Below are positions 12,001 through 22,878 of a stretch of DNA of 64,000 bases, one piece after another; the first letter of the stretch is position 1; each line of letters begins with the position of its first letter. The stretch covers positions 233,244,001 through 233,308,000 of the forward strand of contig OZ024743.1 of the NCBI GenBank assembly GCA_964016885.1, read 5' to 3'. The position numbers and the translations under genes are program-made. A model generated the notes under the pieces. That model worked only from the letters and a program-made list of their open reading frames with translations. It was not told the DNA's origin and made no database searches. Source of the DNA: Eledone cirrhosa. Taxonomy: Eukaryota.

Positions 12001-13066
12001 CTGGAGCCTTCCTCATTTCTAGTACCAAACCCATAGCCTTCATGGATTTCGTCGTAGCCGTCACAATGTTGTCCAACGTGACCATTTAGGTCGCCTGCGA
12101 TAATTATATAGTCACTGTCGGATATTTGGGAGGTAGTTAGCATCAGTGTCTCATAGAGTCTGTCTTTTATAGTGCCGGGCAGTCCGGATTGGGGTGCGTA
12201 CGCAGATATTACTGTCACCGTAGTTCTATTGAGGACAAGTCGTATTTTAATTATTCTGTCGTTCACTCTATTTACGTCTATTATCTTATCTGCCCACTTT
12301 TCTGCTACCATGATTCCTACTCCACCCAGCCCATCGTCGTTTCCCACCCAGAAAAGCTTATAACATCGTTTTTTACCCTCAATGAACCTAGCAGACCCAC
12401 CCCTCCACCTGGTCTCTTGAATACAACAAACATCGACCTCCTTACGTTCAAGCATTTCTACAACCTCGTTAGCGCGACCCTTTAGGGTGCCTACATTTAT
12501 GGTGCCAACTCTGAAATTTTGGATTGCGTTTGGGGGTTGGGGGCGGTCGGGGGCGGGGGGCGATGGGGTTATGTTAGCCGTCCGCGGTCGAAACAATGAG
12601 GAGTGCTCGCATTCTCGTCCAAGAGGTGAATTTGTCTTTATCTTTGGCATTGTCGCTTGAGCGTCCAGATTTTTCTCTCTCTCTCTCCTCCACTCTCCAG
12701 GATTCCGCAGTCCATCCATCCATCATATATCGAAAGGCAACCAGGCAAGCGATAGTATAGGCCTCTGGCTTCTGATTGGTCCGCGTAATAATACTGGTGA
12801 TGCGTGGGGGCTCTGTTTTATGATTGGTCCACGTAATAGCAATGGTGGTGCGTGGGGATGGGAGGGAGGGGAGTTGGGTAGCTAGATAGAAGGTAATGAT
12901 TGAATGGGGTCCTTGCATTTAACAAGCGATTAACAAAAATACAAAATTTGTTCTGTTCAATACGACCAAAAACTTTCGTATTTAACAATTAATAAAAACA
13001 AAAAATGTAGTTTGTTTTAGCGATAGATTGGCTATTTGGACTTGATACGAAATATGGATTGTTTTG
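9078..13066 (-). mobile_element. Full-length RTE-clade LINE (family 1)
   Basis: Single intact ORF, ~400-nt 3' UTR, (GAT)n tail at ~9078, (TA)n on both flanks; the 5' boundary is approximate. Confidence 0.92.
9480..12719 (-). CDS. RTE LINE ORF, 1079 aa: APE endonuclease, reverse transcriptase and PHD-like Zn finger
   Basis: APE motifs (GTINVGTL, IQETRW, AGDLNGHVG, SQVDYIL, SQHRL); RT motifs (FVDLEKAFD, GVHQGSVLSP, LYADD); RTE-type C-terminus RRLRWYGHVMR...GRPRKTW. Confidence 0.95.
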   Translation of the reverse strand: MDGLRNPGEWRREREKNLDAQATMPKIKTNSPLGRECEHSSLFRPRTANITPSPPAPDRPQPPNAIQNFRVGTINVGTLKGRANEVVEMLERKEVDVCCIQETRWRGGSARFIEGKKRCYKLFWVGNDDGLGGVGIMVAEKWADKIIDVNRVNDRIIKIRLVLNRTTVTVISAYAPQSGLPGTIKDRLYETLMLTTSQISDSDYIIIAGDLNGHVGQHCDGYDEIHEGYGFGTRNEEGSRILEFCDANNLTICNTNFKKRDNHLITYRSGEHTSQVDYILTRRRDRVSVVNTKSLPHEECTSQHRLIISDLIVRTRRTRQQKRTILRRKIWKLKDPTARNKFQSILLDAFDSKEEHLESDNIEGEWEFLKANLLLATDEVCGWSRPVGRRRVTWWWNSKVEGSIKAKKQAWKVWRDGGSREDYQVARREARRQVYLARREAEERKFKHVLQRDDQKREVFRIARQCVKENRDIVGEKCVLNDDGTLAITDADKKVAWKCHYERLLNEENKWEKDSLPHIDPIEGPAVLVEGSIISKAIKDMKTGKAAGPSEIVAEMLKASGTVGHTMVTRIVNQVVQNGVVPKDWHSSIIVNCYKGKGDALDRSNYRGIKLIDQVMKVTEKVIAQLIRERIDLDEMQFGFVSGKSTTDALFIVRQLQEKYLAKGKPLYLAFVDLEKAFDRVPRSIIWWALRKLGVDECLVRAIQAMYKETVSKVRINNEYSEEFSVKVGVHQGSVLSPLLFIIALQAITEEFKTGCPWELLYADDLTLIAESMAELEKKFQTWKHGLESKGLKINLAKTKVLVCRKENKAAVPSGKWSCSVCRKGVGRNSILCPKCKVWVHKRCSGITGKLTKNIDFTCGRCSGAISSSKCPQNTSSFNCAEGSIEIVDSFRYLGDKISSGGGCSESTVARVRTGWKKFRELIPLLAAKGFSLKMKGRLYDACIRTAMLHGSETWALCAEDIRRLERNEACMLRWMCNSNIRERQSINELRKKLEIRGIRCCLLERRLRWYGHVMRMKVDSCITKCRAIKIDGSHGIGRPRKTWDELINSDITHLHFSKTMSLDRDLWRYSVTEKTRLT

Positions 13067-13259
13067 ATATATATATATATATATATCATAAAAGTATGTA
13101 CCCTCCCCTCTTCTCCATTTCTTCCAACCCTTCCATTTCTTTTTCTTCTTCCTCCTTCACCTTCTCTTCCTTCACTTTCTCTTCCACCTCCTTCTCTGTC
13201 TGCTTTCATAGGTTAGACAGGTTGTCATAGTCTGAATTATATATATATATATATATATA

Positions 13260-13440
13260 ACAAAGAAAGTGTGGTAAGAAACCAGGTGGACCATAACGCA
13301 CCAGAGTACTCGATACTTAGGGAAGTAGGGTGGGTAATAGGAAAAGAGTCAGGACCCTGATGGCTAAGCTCTGGCCGTTTTGACAGCTAGCAGTCAAAAC
13401 GGCCGGAGCTCAGATGTCGGGGTCCTGACTCTTTTCCTAT
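13260..13440. mobile_element. Small hairpin-plus-tail element, family copy 2 (inverted relative to copy 1)
   Basis: Tail caccagagtactc.atacttaggg is the reverse complement of 8713-8740; terminal hairpin 13337-13440. Confidence 0.7.
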
Positions 13441-13474
13441 ATATATATATATAAGAAAGGCAATATATATATAT

Positions 13475-15517
13475 ATAAGTAAGGCAATCAAGGATATGAA
13501 GACGGGTAAGGTGGCTGGGCCTTCGGAAATAGTTGCTGAGATGCTGAAGGCATCTGGCACGGTGGGACACACCATGGTCACCCGCATAGTTAACCAAGTC
13601 GTACAGAATGGGGTTGTTCCGAAGGACTGGCATAGCAGCATCATCGTTAACTGTTATAAGGGTAAAGGAGACGCCCTAGATAGGAGTAACTATAGAGGCA
13701 TTAAATTAATCGACCAGGTCATGAAGGTCACGGAAAAAGTAATAGCGCAACTAATCAGAGAGAGAATTGACCTAGATGAAATGCAGTTCGGGTTTGTGTC
13801 AGGCAAAAGTACCACAGACGCTCTTTTCATAGTACGACAACTACAGGAGAAGTACCTAGCTAAAGGTAAACCCCTCTACTTAGCTTTTGTCGACTTGGAG
13901 AAAGCCTTCGACAGAGTCCCCCGCTCCATTATCTGGTGGGCTCTTAGAAAACTAGGCGTTGACGAATGGCTTGTGAGGGCTATACAAGCCATGTATAAAG
14001 AAACAGTCAGCAAGGTTAGAATTAACAACGAATATAGTGAAGAGTTTAGCATAAAAGTTGGCGTCCATCAGGGCTCTGTTCTCAGCCCCCTACTATTTAT
14101 TATTGCCCTTCAGGCTATAACAGAGGAGTTCAAGACCGGCTGCCCATGGGAACTCCTATAAGCAGACGACCTGACACTCACAGCGGAATCAATGGCCGAG
14201 CTAGAGAAGAAATTCCAAACATGGAAGCACGGCCTAGAGTCAAAAGGACTTAAAATTAACCTGGCTAAGACCAAAGTTCTAGTTTGTAGGAAAGAAAACA
14301 AGGCGGCGGTCCCTTCTGGGAAATGGTCGTGCTCGGTGTGTAGGAAAGGCGTAGGTAGAAACTCGATTTTATGTCCTAAATGCAAAGTATGGGTGCATAA
14401 AAGATGTAGTGGGATCACAGGTAAGCTAATTAAGAACATAGATTTTACATGTGGCCGGTGTTCTGGTGCAATAAGTAGCAGCAAGTGCCCACAAAATACT
14501 AGCTCTTTCAATTGCGCAGAGGGTTCTATAGAAATAGTGGACAGCTTCCGTTACCTGGGCGATAAAATCAGCAGTAGGGGAGGGTGCTCTGAAAGTACAG
14601 TAGCTAGAGTCAGAACTGGTTGGAAAAAGTTCAGAGAGCTTATACCACTATTAGCTGCTAAAGGGTTCTCCCTAAAAATGAAAGGCAGGTTGTACGATGC
14701 CTGCATACGAACAGCAATGTTGCATGGCAGTGAGACCTGGGCATTGTGTGCAGAGGATATACGCAGACTAGAGAGGAACGAAGCTTGCATGCTCCGCTGG
14801 ATGTGTAACAGTAATATACGTGAACGGCAAAGCATAAACGAACTAAGGAAAAAATTAGAAATAAGAGGGATCAGATGTTGTTTACTCGAGAGAAGGCTAC
14901 GTTGGTATGGTCACGTGATGCGCATGAAAGTCGATAGCTGTATAACAAAGTGCAGGGCAATAAAGATAGACGGTAGCCACGGAATAGGCAGACCTAGAAA
15001 AACCTGGGACGAGCTGATAAACTCCGACCTCACACACACCTCTCCAAGACAATGTCACTGGACCGAGACCTTTGGCGGTACTCAGTAACAGAGAAGACCC
15101 GCCTTACCTAAATATATAGTAAAACCTACTCCAACCAGTAGGCATCTCTAACAAAATACACCCCGTCCCACCACCCCCACCCCCACCCCCACCCCATCCA
15201 CACCACCCCGTTCTATGTAAAGTTATGTTGGTGCCGCGCCATCCAGGCCGAAACAAATGAGATCGTGTAGGTGTCACGACAAAAAAACACAGTCCACGCT
15301 GTAATGTGGCCGTGTAGGCAACACAGTAAAAACCTCCCAGACCCACACTGTAAATGTGGTTGGTGTTAGGAAGGGCATCCAACTGTAGAAAACCTGCCAG
15401 ACAGTCCTATGCGAGCAAGACAATCACTCTTGCCTCAAGTGGGACTACCCCCGTCCAAACCCATGCAAGCGTGGAACACGGACGTTAAACGTTGATGATG
15501 ATGATGATGATGATGAT
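13475..15517 (+). mobile_element. 5'-truncated, near-identical copy of RTE family 1 (pseudogenised)
   Basis: ORFs 13496-14161 and 14192-15088; TAA at 14159-14161 replaces the Y of YADD; small C-terminal frameshift; (GAT)n tail. Confidence 0.93.
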
Positions 15518-15789
15518 ATATATAAAGAGAGAGAGGTGGGGGATAGACAGATAGATAATGTACCCCCACACGTACATCTATCTACATAGAGAGACATTGG
15601 TTCATTACAACATTTACAGTCTACAACAGATGTATATAAGAATTGTGTAAATGTGATGTGTGCATGAGTGTGTATGTATGTAAGTAAATATATATATATA
15701 TATATATATATGTATTTATCATCATCGTTTAACGTCCATTTTCCATGATAGCATGGGCTATATATATATTATAGTAATAATAATAATAA

Positions 15790-15985
15790 TAATAATTGTT
15801 TCTACTTTTGGCACAAGGCCAGCAATTAACCAGTGCATTACTGGTACTTTATTTTATCGACCCCGTAAGGATGAAAGGCAAAGTTAACCTCGGAATGATT
15901 TGACCTCAGACCATAAAGGACCATAACTCTTTGCTGCAAAGCATGGCATCCGACCCTCTACCGATACTGCCAATCCACCAAATTT
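15790..15985 (-). mobile_element. tRNA-derived SINE, type with the tttgcctttcatccttacggggtcgataaaataaagtacc core (Deu/Nin-like)
   Basis: Same core as copies at 23370-23500, 44958-45340, 49120-49290, 50130-50320, 50910-51130 and 52700-52840. Confidence 0.65.
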
Positions 15986-16161
15986 GAAGACTAAAATCCA
16001 AAGAGGGCTCGATAAGGATAAATATATATCAAATATATATAAATATATATATACACACACACATATATATATATACACACACACTGACACACATATTCAA
16101 GGAATAGGCTTTTGATTCTCACTATTACATAGAAATGAAGGCAAAGAAATAGTGTTCTTAC

Positions 16162-16249
16162 CTGCAGGAAGTGTCAGGTCTTTTCTCATTAAGGCTGAGG
16201 CACACATACCTCCAAGGAAAGATAATTCTCTTTCCAAGTGGAACACTGC
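16162..16249 (-). CDS. MYCBP2: MYCBP2 exon (AVFHLERELSFLGGMCASALMRKDLTLPA)
   Basis: cag/gtaag boundaries, 88 nt, phase-consistent; conserved LExEL..LGG.CA.ALM.KDL.LP. Confidence 0.9.
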
Positions 16250-17141
16250 CTGAAATGATGATAATGATTTTTAAGTTTGTCAATGTATGGTTAATAGGTT
16301 CACTCCACAATCAGCTGGTTCTGGGATCCATCTTACTGCATGACATTTTGGACAATGGGTTTCAACTATAAGCTTAAGTTAACCAATGCCTTAACAGTGG
16401 AATCTTATAGGCAGAAACAGTACAAGAGCCTGTTTCTATATAAATGCATGTGTGTGCAGAGAGTGGAGGGTATATATAAGCTGGTTCTACAATAAAATAC
16501 ACAAAGTAAACTCTGTAAAGTGGTAGAGTTGGTGCAATGAGAAGATACCCCCAGCCCACTCTGTAAGTGGTATAGTGATGGTACCACGATAAAATGATCT
16601 CAGTAGGTGTTGTAAAGTGGTTGGCATTAGGAAGGACATCCAATCATAGAAACCTTGCCAAACTGGAACATATAAGCAAGATGTGGTCATCTACCAATCC
16701 TATTAATAAACAAAGGCTGTATATATTTAAGGGTAAGGAAAAGAACAATGAATTGAATTGATTCCCATTATATTAGGTGCAGGTATGGCTGTATAATTAA
16801 GAAATTCACTTCAAAACACATTGGTTCAGGTTTCAGTCCTATTGTATAGCATTTGGGGCAAATGTCTACTCTAGCCCCAGGTAAACCAGCACTTTGTGAG
16901 CGAATTTCATAGACAAAAACTATAAGAAAGGCCAGGGATCTTTGTCCCCTTATATGTATGGTCAACATGTTTTAATGATAAGGGTTTCCAATTCTATCAT
17001 GAAAAGCAACCTAAAATGAAGTGTCTTGCTCAAGAACACAACATACCAAATGGTTTAGGGATCAAAACTGTAACCTTATGAGACTGTGTCAAACACTAAC
17101 TACTAGGCCATACACCTCCACACACATCAATATATACTTAC

Positions 17142-17260
17142 ATCTTCCGGTTTGCTACTCCATTCATAGCCAGTTACCATACACTTGAAGCCAAAGAAGC
17201 AAGCTTTCTCATCTTTAACATAATCTGAGGCACTTTCTAGTGAAAAGGTGACTTCATTCC
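17142..17260 (-). CDS. MYCBP2: MYCBP2 exon (GNEVTFSLESASDYVKDEKACFFGFKCMVTGYEWSSKPED)
   Basis: cag/gtaagt boundaries, 119 nt, phase-consistent. Confidence 0.9.
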
Positions 17261-17304
17261 CTGTTGGAAACAAGAAAAATAACAAAAAGGCATAAAAACC
17301 ATCC

Positions 17305-17900
17305 TTAACAACACCATCATCATTATCAACATCAACACCAACAATACCAACATCATCATCATAATCACCAACATCACCAAAACCACAATTGCCATCAACA
17401 CTAACACCACTACCAACATGAACAACATGAACAACATCAACAACACTACCTCCAACAACAAGACCAACATGAACAACATGAACAACACTACCTCCAACAA
17501 CAACAAGACCACCAACACCACAATTGCGACCACCACCAACATGAACAACACTACCTCCAACAACAACACCAGCACCAACATCAACGACACCACCAACACT
17601 ACCATCAACACCAAAACTACAATCGCTCCCACCAACATCAACAACATCAAAAATACCACCAAGATCAACAACACCACCAATTCCAACAACACTACTACCG
17701 CCAACACCACCTCCAACCACACAAATACATGCTGAGGTTTGTGTGTGAGAATAAGAGAAGAGAAAGAAAGAGAAAGAGAGAAGAGAAAGAGGGGAGAGAA
17801 GAGAAAGAAAGAGAAAGAGAGAAGAGAAAGAGGGGAGAGAAGAGGAAGATAGAGAATAAAGAGAAAGAGAGAGAAGAGGAATAGAGAGAGAGAAAGAGAA
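17305..17900. repeat. Degenerate (CAA/CAC/CAT)n trinucleotide tract followed by a GA-rich tract
   Basis: Low-complexity composition; source of the spurious V/L/N/T-rich ORFs. Confidence 0.85.
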
Positions 17901-17976
17901 CAGGGAATAAAGTCTGCATGTATGCATGTGAACCGAAGTGTGCTTTCAGTTTAACAATCATTCCTAATACACTGAC

Positions 17977-18211
17977 CAGGTAAAACGACAGCAGCTTTTG
18001 GCCAGTTGTTGCCATGGAATTTCTTCAGAACCGGCCATAAGACAGATGTTGATTGTTGCTCTTCTTCTTCTTCTTGACCAGTCAATGGACAGAGGGTGTT
18101 TTCTTTGACCCGACTTGGGATGTAAAGCTGCAGCGTGTCCTCTGCTTGTGCAGTGCCACATTGTACATCAAACTCCAACACCATCCATCGAACCGTGGTT
18201 GGGAAACACAC
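17977..18211 (-). CDS. MYCBP2: MYCBP2 exon (VCFPTTVRWMVLEFDVQCGTAQAEDTLQLYIP...WPKAAVVLP)
   Basis: cag/gtcagt boundaries, 235 nt; conserved VRWM..EFD.QCGTAQ.ED.L. Confidence 0.92.
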
Positions 18212-19449
18212 CTGAAAAGAAATACACAGAAAAATAAATAAAACATTGATTTAATTACTTAACCCATTTGTTGAGTAATTAAGTATTTCTAATCAAATAC
18301 ATTGTATTCAAATTAATCTATGAAAAATTTAGAGCAATTTGCTAAATTTACTATTTCATTACTAAGATAGTCACATGTGAAGGTACATGGCCTAGTGTTG
18401 AACTTACAGTCATAATGCCACAGGTTTACTTCCTGTTGTGTTATTAAGCAAAACATTTGAGTTTATGTTGTTCCAGTGTACTCAGCTGAAAATGAGTACC
18501 AGCTGTAGCTGGAGTTTTACATCCCGTCCAGTGGTGAGTCTTGTCTCTCAGTCACTTAATACCAAAGAAATTGGGATAATCACAAGCCTACAGAGACTCA
18601 GAGCTTCAGACAGAGTCTAGACTTAGACTTTATTAGAAGATAGTAACTTAACATATGTTTCTTATATGTAAAATTATGCAGTAACAGTAGCAATCATTTT
18701 AAGACCATTATTCCCTGCTAAAGCATGGGTTAACCTTGCAAACCCCATGATAGGCTTCATGCTCATCATGGGGTCCTTTTTGAAGTGATGTTTTATGGCA
18801 GGTGCACTTTTATGTCCTACATCAGGTCAAAGATACATTTTGAGATCACCTTAAATCGGCTTAATCAGGACAGACCTGGGTTTATACACCAAGCACTCTT
18901 TCAACAAAGGTTTACTCAATTGTGTGTGTGTGTGTGTGAGGGGGGGGGGGGGGGGGGGGGGGCTAGGATTAAACAACTAACTTCTTTTAATCATTAGTCT
19001 GCTCAATTAAGGTGGAACTGGAGTTATATAACACACTCCATCTAATAATAGGTCTGCTTTGATTAGGGCAGGCTTGGATTTAAACAAAACAAAGAAAAAA
19101 GCACCCTCCTCAGTCATGACTGGCCATGGGTCATGCAGCTATGATTGCCTGACCATGTATATGCCTCTCCAAAGCACAATCCTGGATAGGATGTGTTTCT
19201 GGAAGGCCAGTAGCTACCCATGCATGCAAATCTCCATTTTTTTTATTCTATTGATGTTGTCCAAGGAAAAGATAAGGTCTGACAAATCTTGGCACCAGTG
19301 TTATTGCAGCTTATTTTTTTCCAGCTGAGGGAAAAAGAGAGTGTTGCTCAAGGACACAATGAGCCACCTGGTTTGGGAATCAAATTGACGACATTACAAT
19401 CATGAGCCCAGCATCCACCAAACCAGAACACCACATGCCTTCATGGCTA

Positions 19450-19685
19450 AACCAAGAATGATCATTGAGTGAAGAAGTGCCAAGAAATCTCAATGAAAGG
19501 ACGCTGCAGCAGAAGGAAACCAAGGAAGAACTGAGCAGAAGTTGTGAGAACTGATTTCAAAATCATTGATGCTTGCAGAGTAGATGACAAAGGACCATGA
19601 TAAGTGGAAGGATGCTGTGTTGGAAAAGACACAGACAATCCATGCAAGCGTGGAAAAAGCCGATATGTGATGATGATGATGATGG
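19450..19685 (+). mobile_element. Degenerate RTE LINE 3' fragment
   Basis: VKKCQEI..GR..RRKPRK..AEVVRTD remnant similar to 62910-63209; ends in (GAT)n right beside an exon donor. Confidence 0.7.
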
Positions 19686-19692
19686 ATGTTAC

Positions 19693-19890
19693 CTTGTAAT
19701 TAGCCACAGTGGCTGGTTTGTAAGGATGGTCACTTTCAATAAGACAGTAGTGCTGGTTGGTGCCACAAGACTCAGATTCGGGTAACATTCCATCTTGATG
19801 GCCACTGTAGGATGTGAGGACACTTTGGCTGTTTAATGCTACAACTGCAGGCAACACATCATGAATCAGTCCCAGTATCTGTACAGCTCC
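19693..19890 (-). CDS. MYCBP2: MYCBP2 exon (GAVQILGLIHDVLPAVVALN...HYCLIESDHPYKPATVANYK)
   Basis: cag/gtaac boundaries, 198 nt, conserved ESxHPYKPA. Confidence 0.9.
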
Positions 19891-19948
19891 CTGTTAACAG
19901 AGGGGTAGAAGGTGGTAGAATAATGGTGAGAGAAAGACAGAGTAACAA

Positions 19949-19982
<34 letters not shown>

Positions 19983-20032
19983 TGGTAGGGAAAAACAGAG
20001 AGAGCAATAGGGAAAAAGAGAGAGTGACATAG

Positions 20033-20084
<52 letters not shown>

Positions 20085-20438
20085 GCATAGAAAGATAGAG
20101 ACATAGAAAGATATAGAGAGATATAGAAAGATAGAGAGACATAGATAGAGAGAGACATAGAAAGACAGAGAGAGACATAGAAAGACAGAGAGAGACATAG
20201 AAAGACAGAGAAAGACAGAGAGAGACATAGAAAGACAGAGAGAGACATAGAAAGACAGAGAGAGACATAGAAAAACAGAGAGAGAGAAAGAGTTAAGTTA
20301 TATAGAGAAACTAAATGTAAGAAGTAGAAAAGAAAATATATTACAGAAAGATGTGATCAGTGAGTAGGTTTGAAAAAGATGTGATCAGTGAGTAGGTTTG
20401 AAAAAGATGGGAGTATTCAAAATTGATATTGAGCATAC

Positions 20439-20539
20439 CCTTGGGTCTTGTGTCGCAACAGGTCCAATGTAGGCCAATACTAAAGGCAACAATGATGAAA
20501 ACATCGGAGTTTCACCCAAAATTTCCTTTGCTTCTTCAG
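20439..20539 (-). CDS. MYCBP2: MYCBP2 exon (EEAKEILGETPMFSSLLPLVLAYIGPVATQDPR)
   Basis: tag/gtatg boundaries, 101 nt, conserved LLPL..AYIGPVA. Confidence 0.88.
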
Positions 20540-21182
20540 CTAGAATGAAACAGAAGACATGGTGGATGGAAAAAGAGAAAAAAAAAGGAAAGAAAGAACT
20601 AAAAATGGAACTGTCTAAATTACAGTAGAAAAGTCTCTCTGCAGCATCACTAAATGGCTAGAAATAGCAGTAAAAAAAAAAGTTGATCTTCAGATTGTAC
20701 TAAGAAAATGTTCTCAGTAGTCTTTTCATTGTTGATACTATCTGCTGGTTGCAACGCCAGGTAGATGGAGGCAAGATTTGAACTCAGAGGCCCCAGAGCT
20801 GGATCAAATAGCACAAGGCATCATGTCCAAATGTTTAATAATTCCACCAATCCACTGCCGATTGGACTGGTACATTATTCTTCAACCCTAAAAAATGAAA
20901 CACAAGGTTGACCCGATGAAGTTGGAAAAGGACACACTGGATGTTGTGGTCCTGGATTCCCTATGTATAGGGAGAAAAACAAAGCAGGATAGTCATGGTT
21001 GGAATGGTTTTGATCAGGGCTCTAATCAATCAGGGCAGACATGGTACCATCAAAAACACAATGTACTGTTAATCTGACAGTTGTTTTGTTAGAGTAACCC
21101 AGAACCAAACTCAGAACCAAATTCAGGATAATTTTGACTACAGCGAACATGTGACCTTGACAACAATGCATATCTAACTACA

Positions 21183-21455
21183 ACAGCATACACATAGCCA
21201 CACTGACAGCATACACATAGCCACACTGACAGCATACACATAGCCACACTGACAGTGCACACATAGCCATGACAATAGAGCACAGTGTAGCCATGACAAC
21301 AGTGCTCAGGGTATCCATGACAACAGTGCTCAGAGTATCCATGACAACAGTGCATAATGTAGCCATGACAACAGTGCATGAAGTAGACTTGACAATGGTG
21401 CATAATGTAGCCATGACAATGGTGCATAATGTAGCCATGACAACAGTGCTCAGTG
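21183..21455. repeat. Minisatellites with 22-bp and ~30-bp units
   Basis: acagcatacacatagccacact x3, then gccatgacaacagtgc... repeats. Confidence 0.85.
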
Positions 21456-21537
21456 AAGCAGAACTAACTGCTACTGAAAGAAAGGGGAAGGAAAAAAAAA
21501 AAAAAAAAAACACTTGATGTGAGTTAGAGAAACTTAC

Positions 21538-21677
21538 ATGAAATTCCTCGAGCTCTATGAAGAATATCAATGGCTGACCGACAGATAGCATTGGTAATCC
21601 CTATAGCATCCTTCCGAGCCTGCATCTCAGCAAGGACCTTTGACTGATGTTGCTGGAATTCACCATCTTGAGAAGCA
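21538..21677 (-). CDS. MYCBP2: MYCBP2 exon (ASQDGEFQQHQSKVLAEMQARKDAIGITNAICRSAIDILHRARGIS)
   Basis: cag/gtaagt boundaries, 140 nt, open frame, phases 2 to 1 fit both neighbours. Confidence 0.85.
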
Positions 21678-21697
21678 CTGGAAACAACAAAGTACAC

Positions 21698-22076
21698 ATC
21701 ATCATTTTACGTCCGCTTTTCCCTGCTTGCAAGGGTGGGACAGGAACTGATTCTGGCTTGATTTCTACAGCTGGATGCCCTTCCTAACACCAACCTCATT
21801 TACAGTGTGGGCTGGGTGCTTTTTTTCTGTGGCGCCTCCACGACCAGTTTACAGTGTGGGCTGGGTGCTTTTTTGCCGTGGTACCTCTACGACCACTTTG
21901 CAGTGGAATAATATGGACCCCAGTCCCTATCATCTCATTTCTACAGCTGAGTAAACTGGAGCAATGTGAAATAAAGTGTCTTGCTCAAAGAAACAACACA
22001 TCACCCGGTCTGAGAATTGAACTCACAATCTTTCGATTGCAAGGCCAATGTTCTAACCACTAAGCCATACGCCTCC
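21698..22076 (-). mobile_element. Full-length tRNA-derived SINE with RTE-derived tail
   Basis: A box tggcttagtgg, B box gttcaattc, tail cttgcaagcagggaaaaagcggacgtaaaatgatg; inverted homologue of 45585-45912. Confidence 0.85.
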
Positions 22077-22244
22077 ATAATGGATGAAAATAGCTTAGTG
22101 GTAGAGTCTAAAATAATGTAAAGTCCTTCTCAAAGCCAGGAGGCTCACCAGACTGGTGCTTATCCTGATTTCATGGCATTAAGTGACTGAGAGTTCAACA
22201 CTCCCCACTGGGACAGGTCGTCAGCTGACTGATATTTATAGTCA

Positions 22245-22475
22245 AAGATGGTGATGTTATGATGATGAAGTTGGTGATGGTGGTGGTGGTGGTGATAGTG
22301 ATAATGGTGGTAGTGATGGTGATAGTGGTGGTGGTGATGAAGATGATAATGAAGGAGGTGATGGTGGTAGTGAAGGTGATGGTGATGGTGGTGACGAAGA
22401 TGATAATGATGATGGTGAAGGTGAAGATGGTGAAGGTGAAGATGGTGGTGGTGGTGATGGTGGTCGTAGTGCTGG

Positions 22476-22509
<34 letters not shown>

Positions 22510-22625
22510 GGTGGTGGTAATGAAGATGATGATAAGGATAATGGTTATGATGATGATAAAGAGGGAGGTGATGATGCTGAAGTCAGTGGTGATGAAGATG
22601 GTAGTGGTAATGATAATGAAGATAA
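22245..22625. repeat. (GGT/GAT)n compound microsatellite
   Basis: Trinucleotide low-complexity tract. Confidence 0.9.
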
Positions 22626-22699
22626 ACACACGTGCTTTTTTTTTAATTAGAGATTCATAAAGAATAAAATTTAAAAAAAACGTGATTTAAAAGACTGAC

Positions 22700-22878
22700 C
22701 TGTAGTAAACGATCTGAGGCAACTGTCCACGCATGTGGTTAGTACCATTACTGCTGAGGGAGCAGGATGTAAATGTAAAGGTGGTACCATCAGGACATTT
22801 CACTCGGCTTAAACCTCCATCACCATTCAGGGTACGTGGACCATGGTTCCTTAAAAGGACAGCATATTTGACCCCTTC
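22700..22878 (-). CDS. MYCBP2: MYCBP2 exon, end of PHR2 (EGVKYAVLLRNHGPRTLNGDGG...SSNGTNHMRGQLPQIVYY)
   Basis: tag/gtcagt boundaries, 179 nt, PHR signature NGT...GQ.PQ..Y. Confidence 0.93.

Noticed and set aside
9670-12485. Antisense ORFs inside RTE copies
   Set aside because: Shadow frames of the LINE ORF with no independent motifs
12720-13066. HDV-like ribozyme, known from some RTE 5' UTRs
   Set aside because: Could not identify the nested double pseudoknot by eye
17127-17927. 266-aa Gly/Val-rich ORF
   Set aside because: Low-complexity intron read-through into a real 119-nt exon
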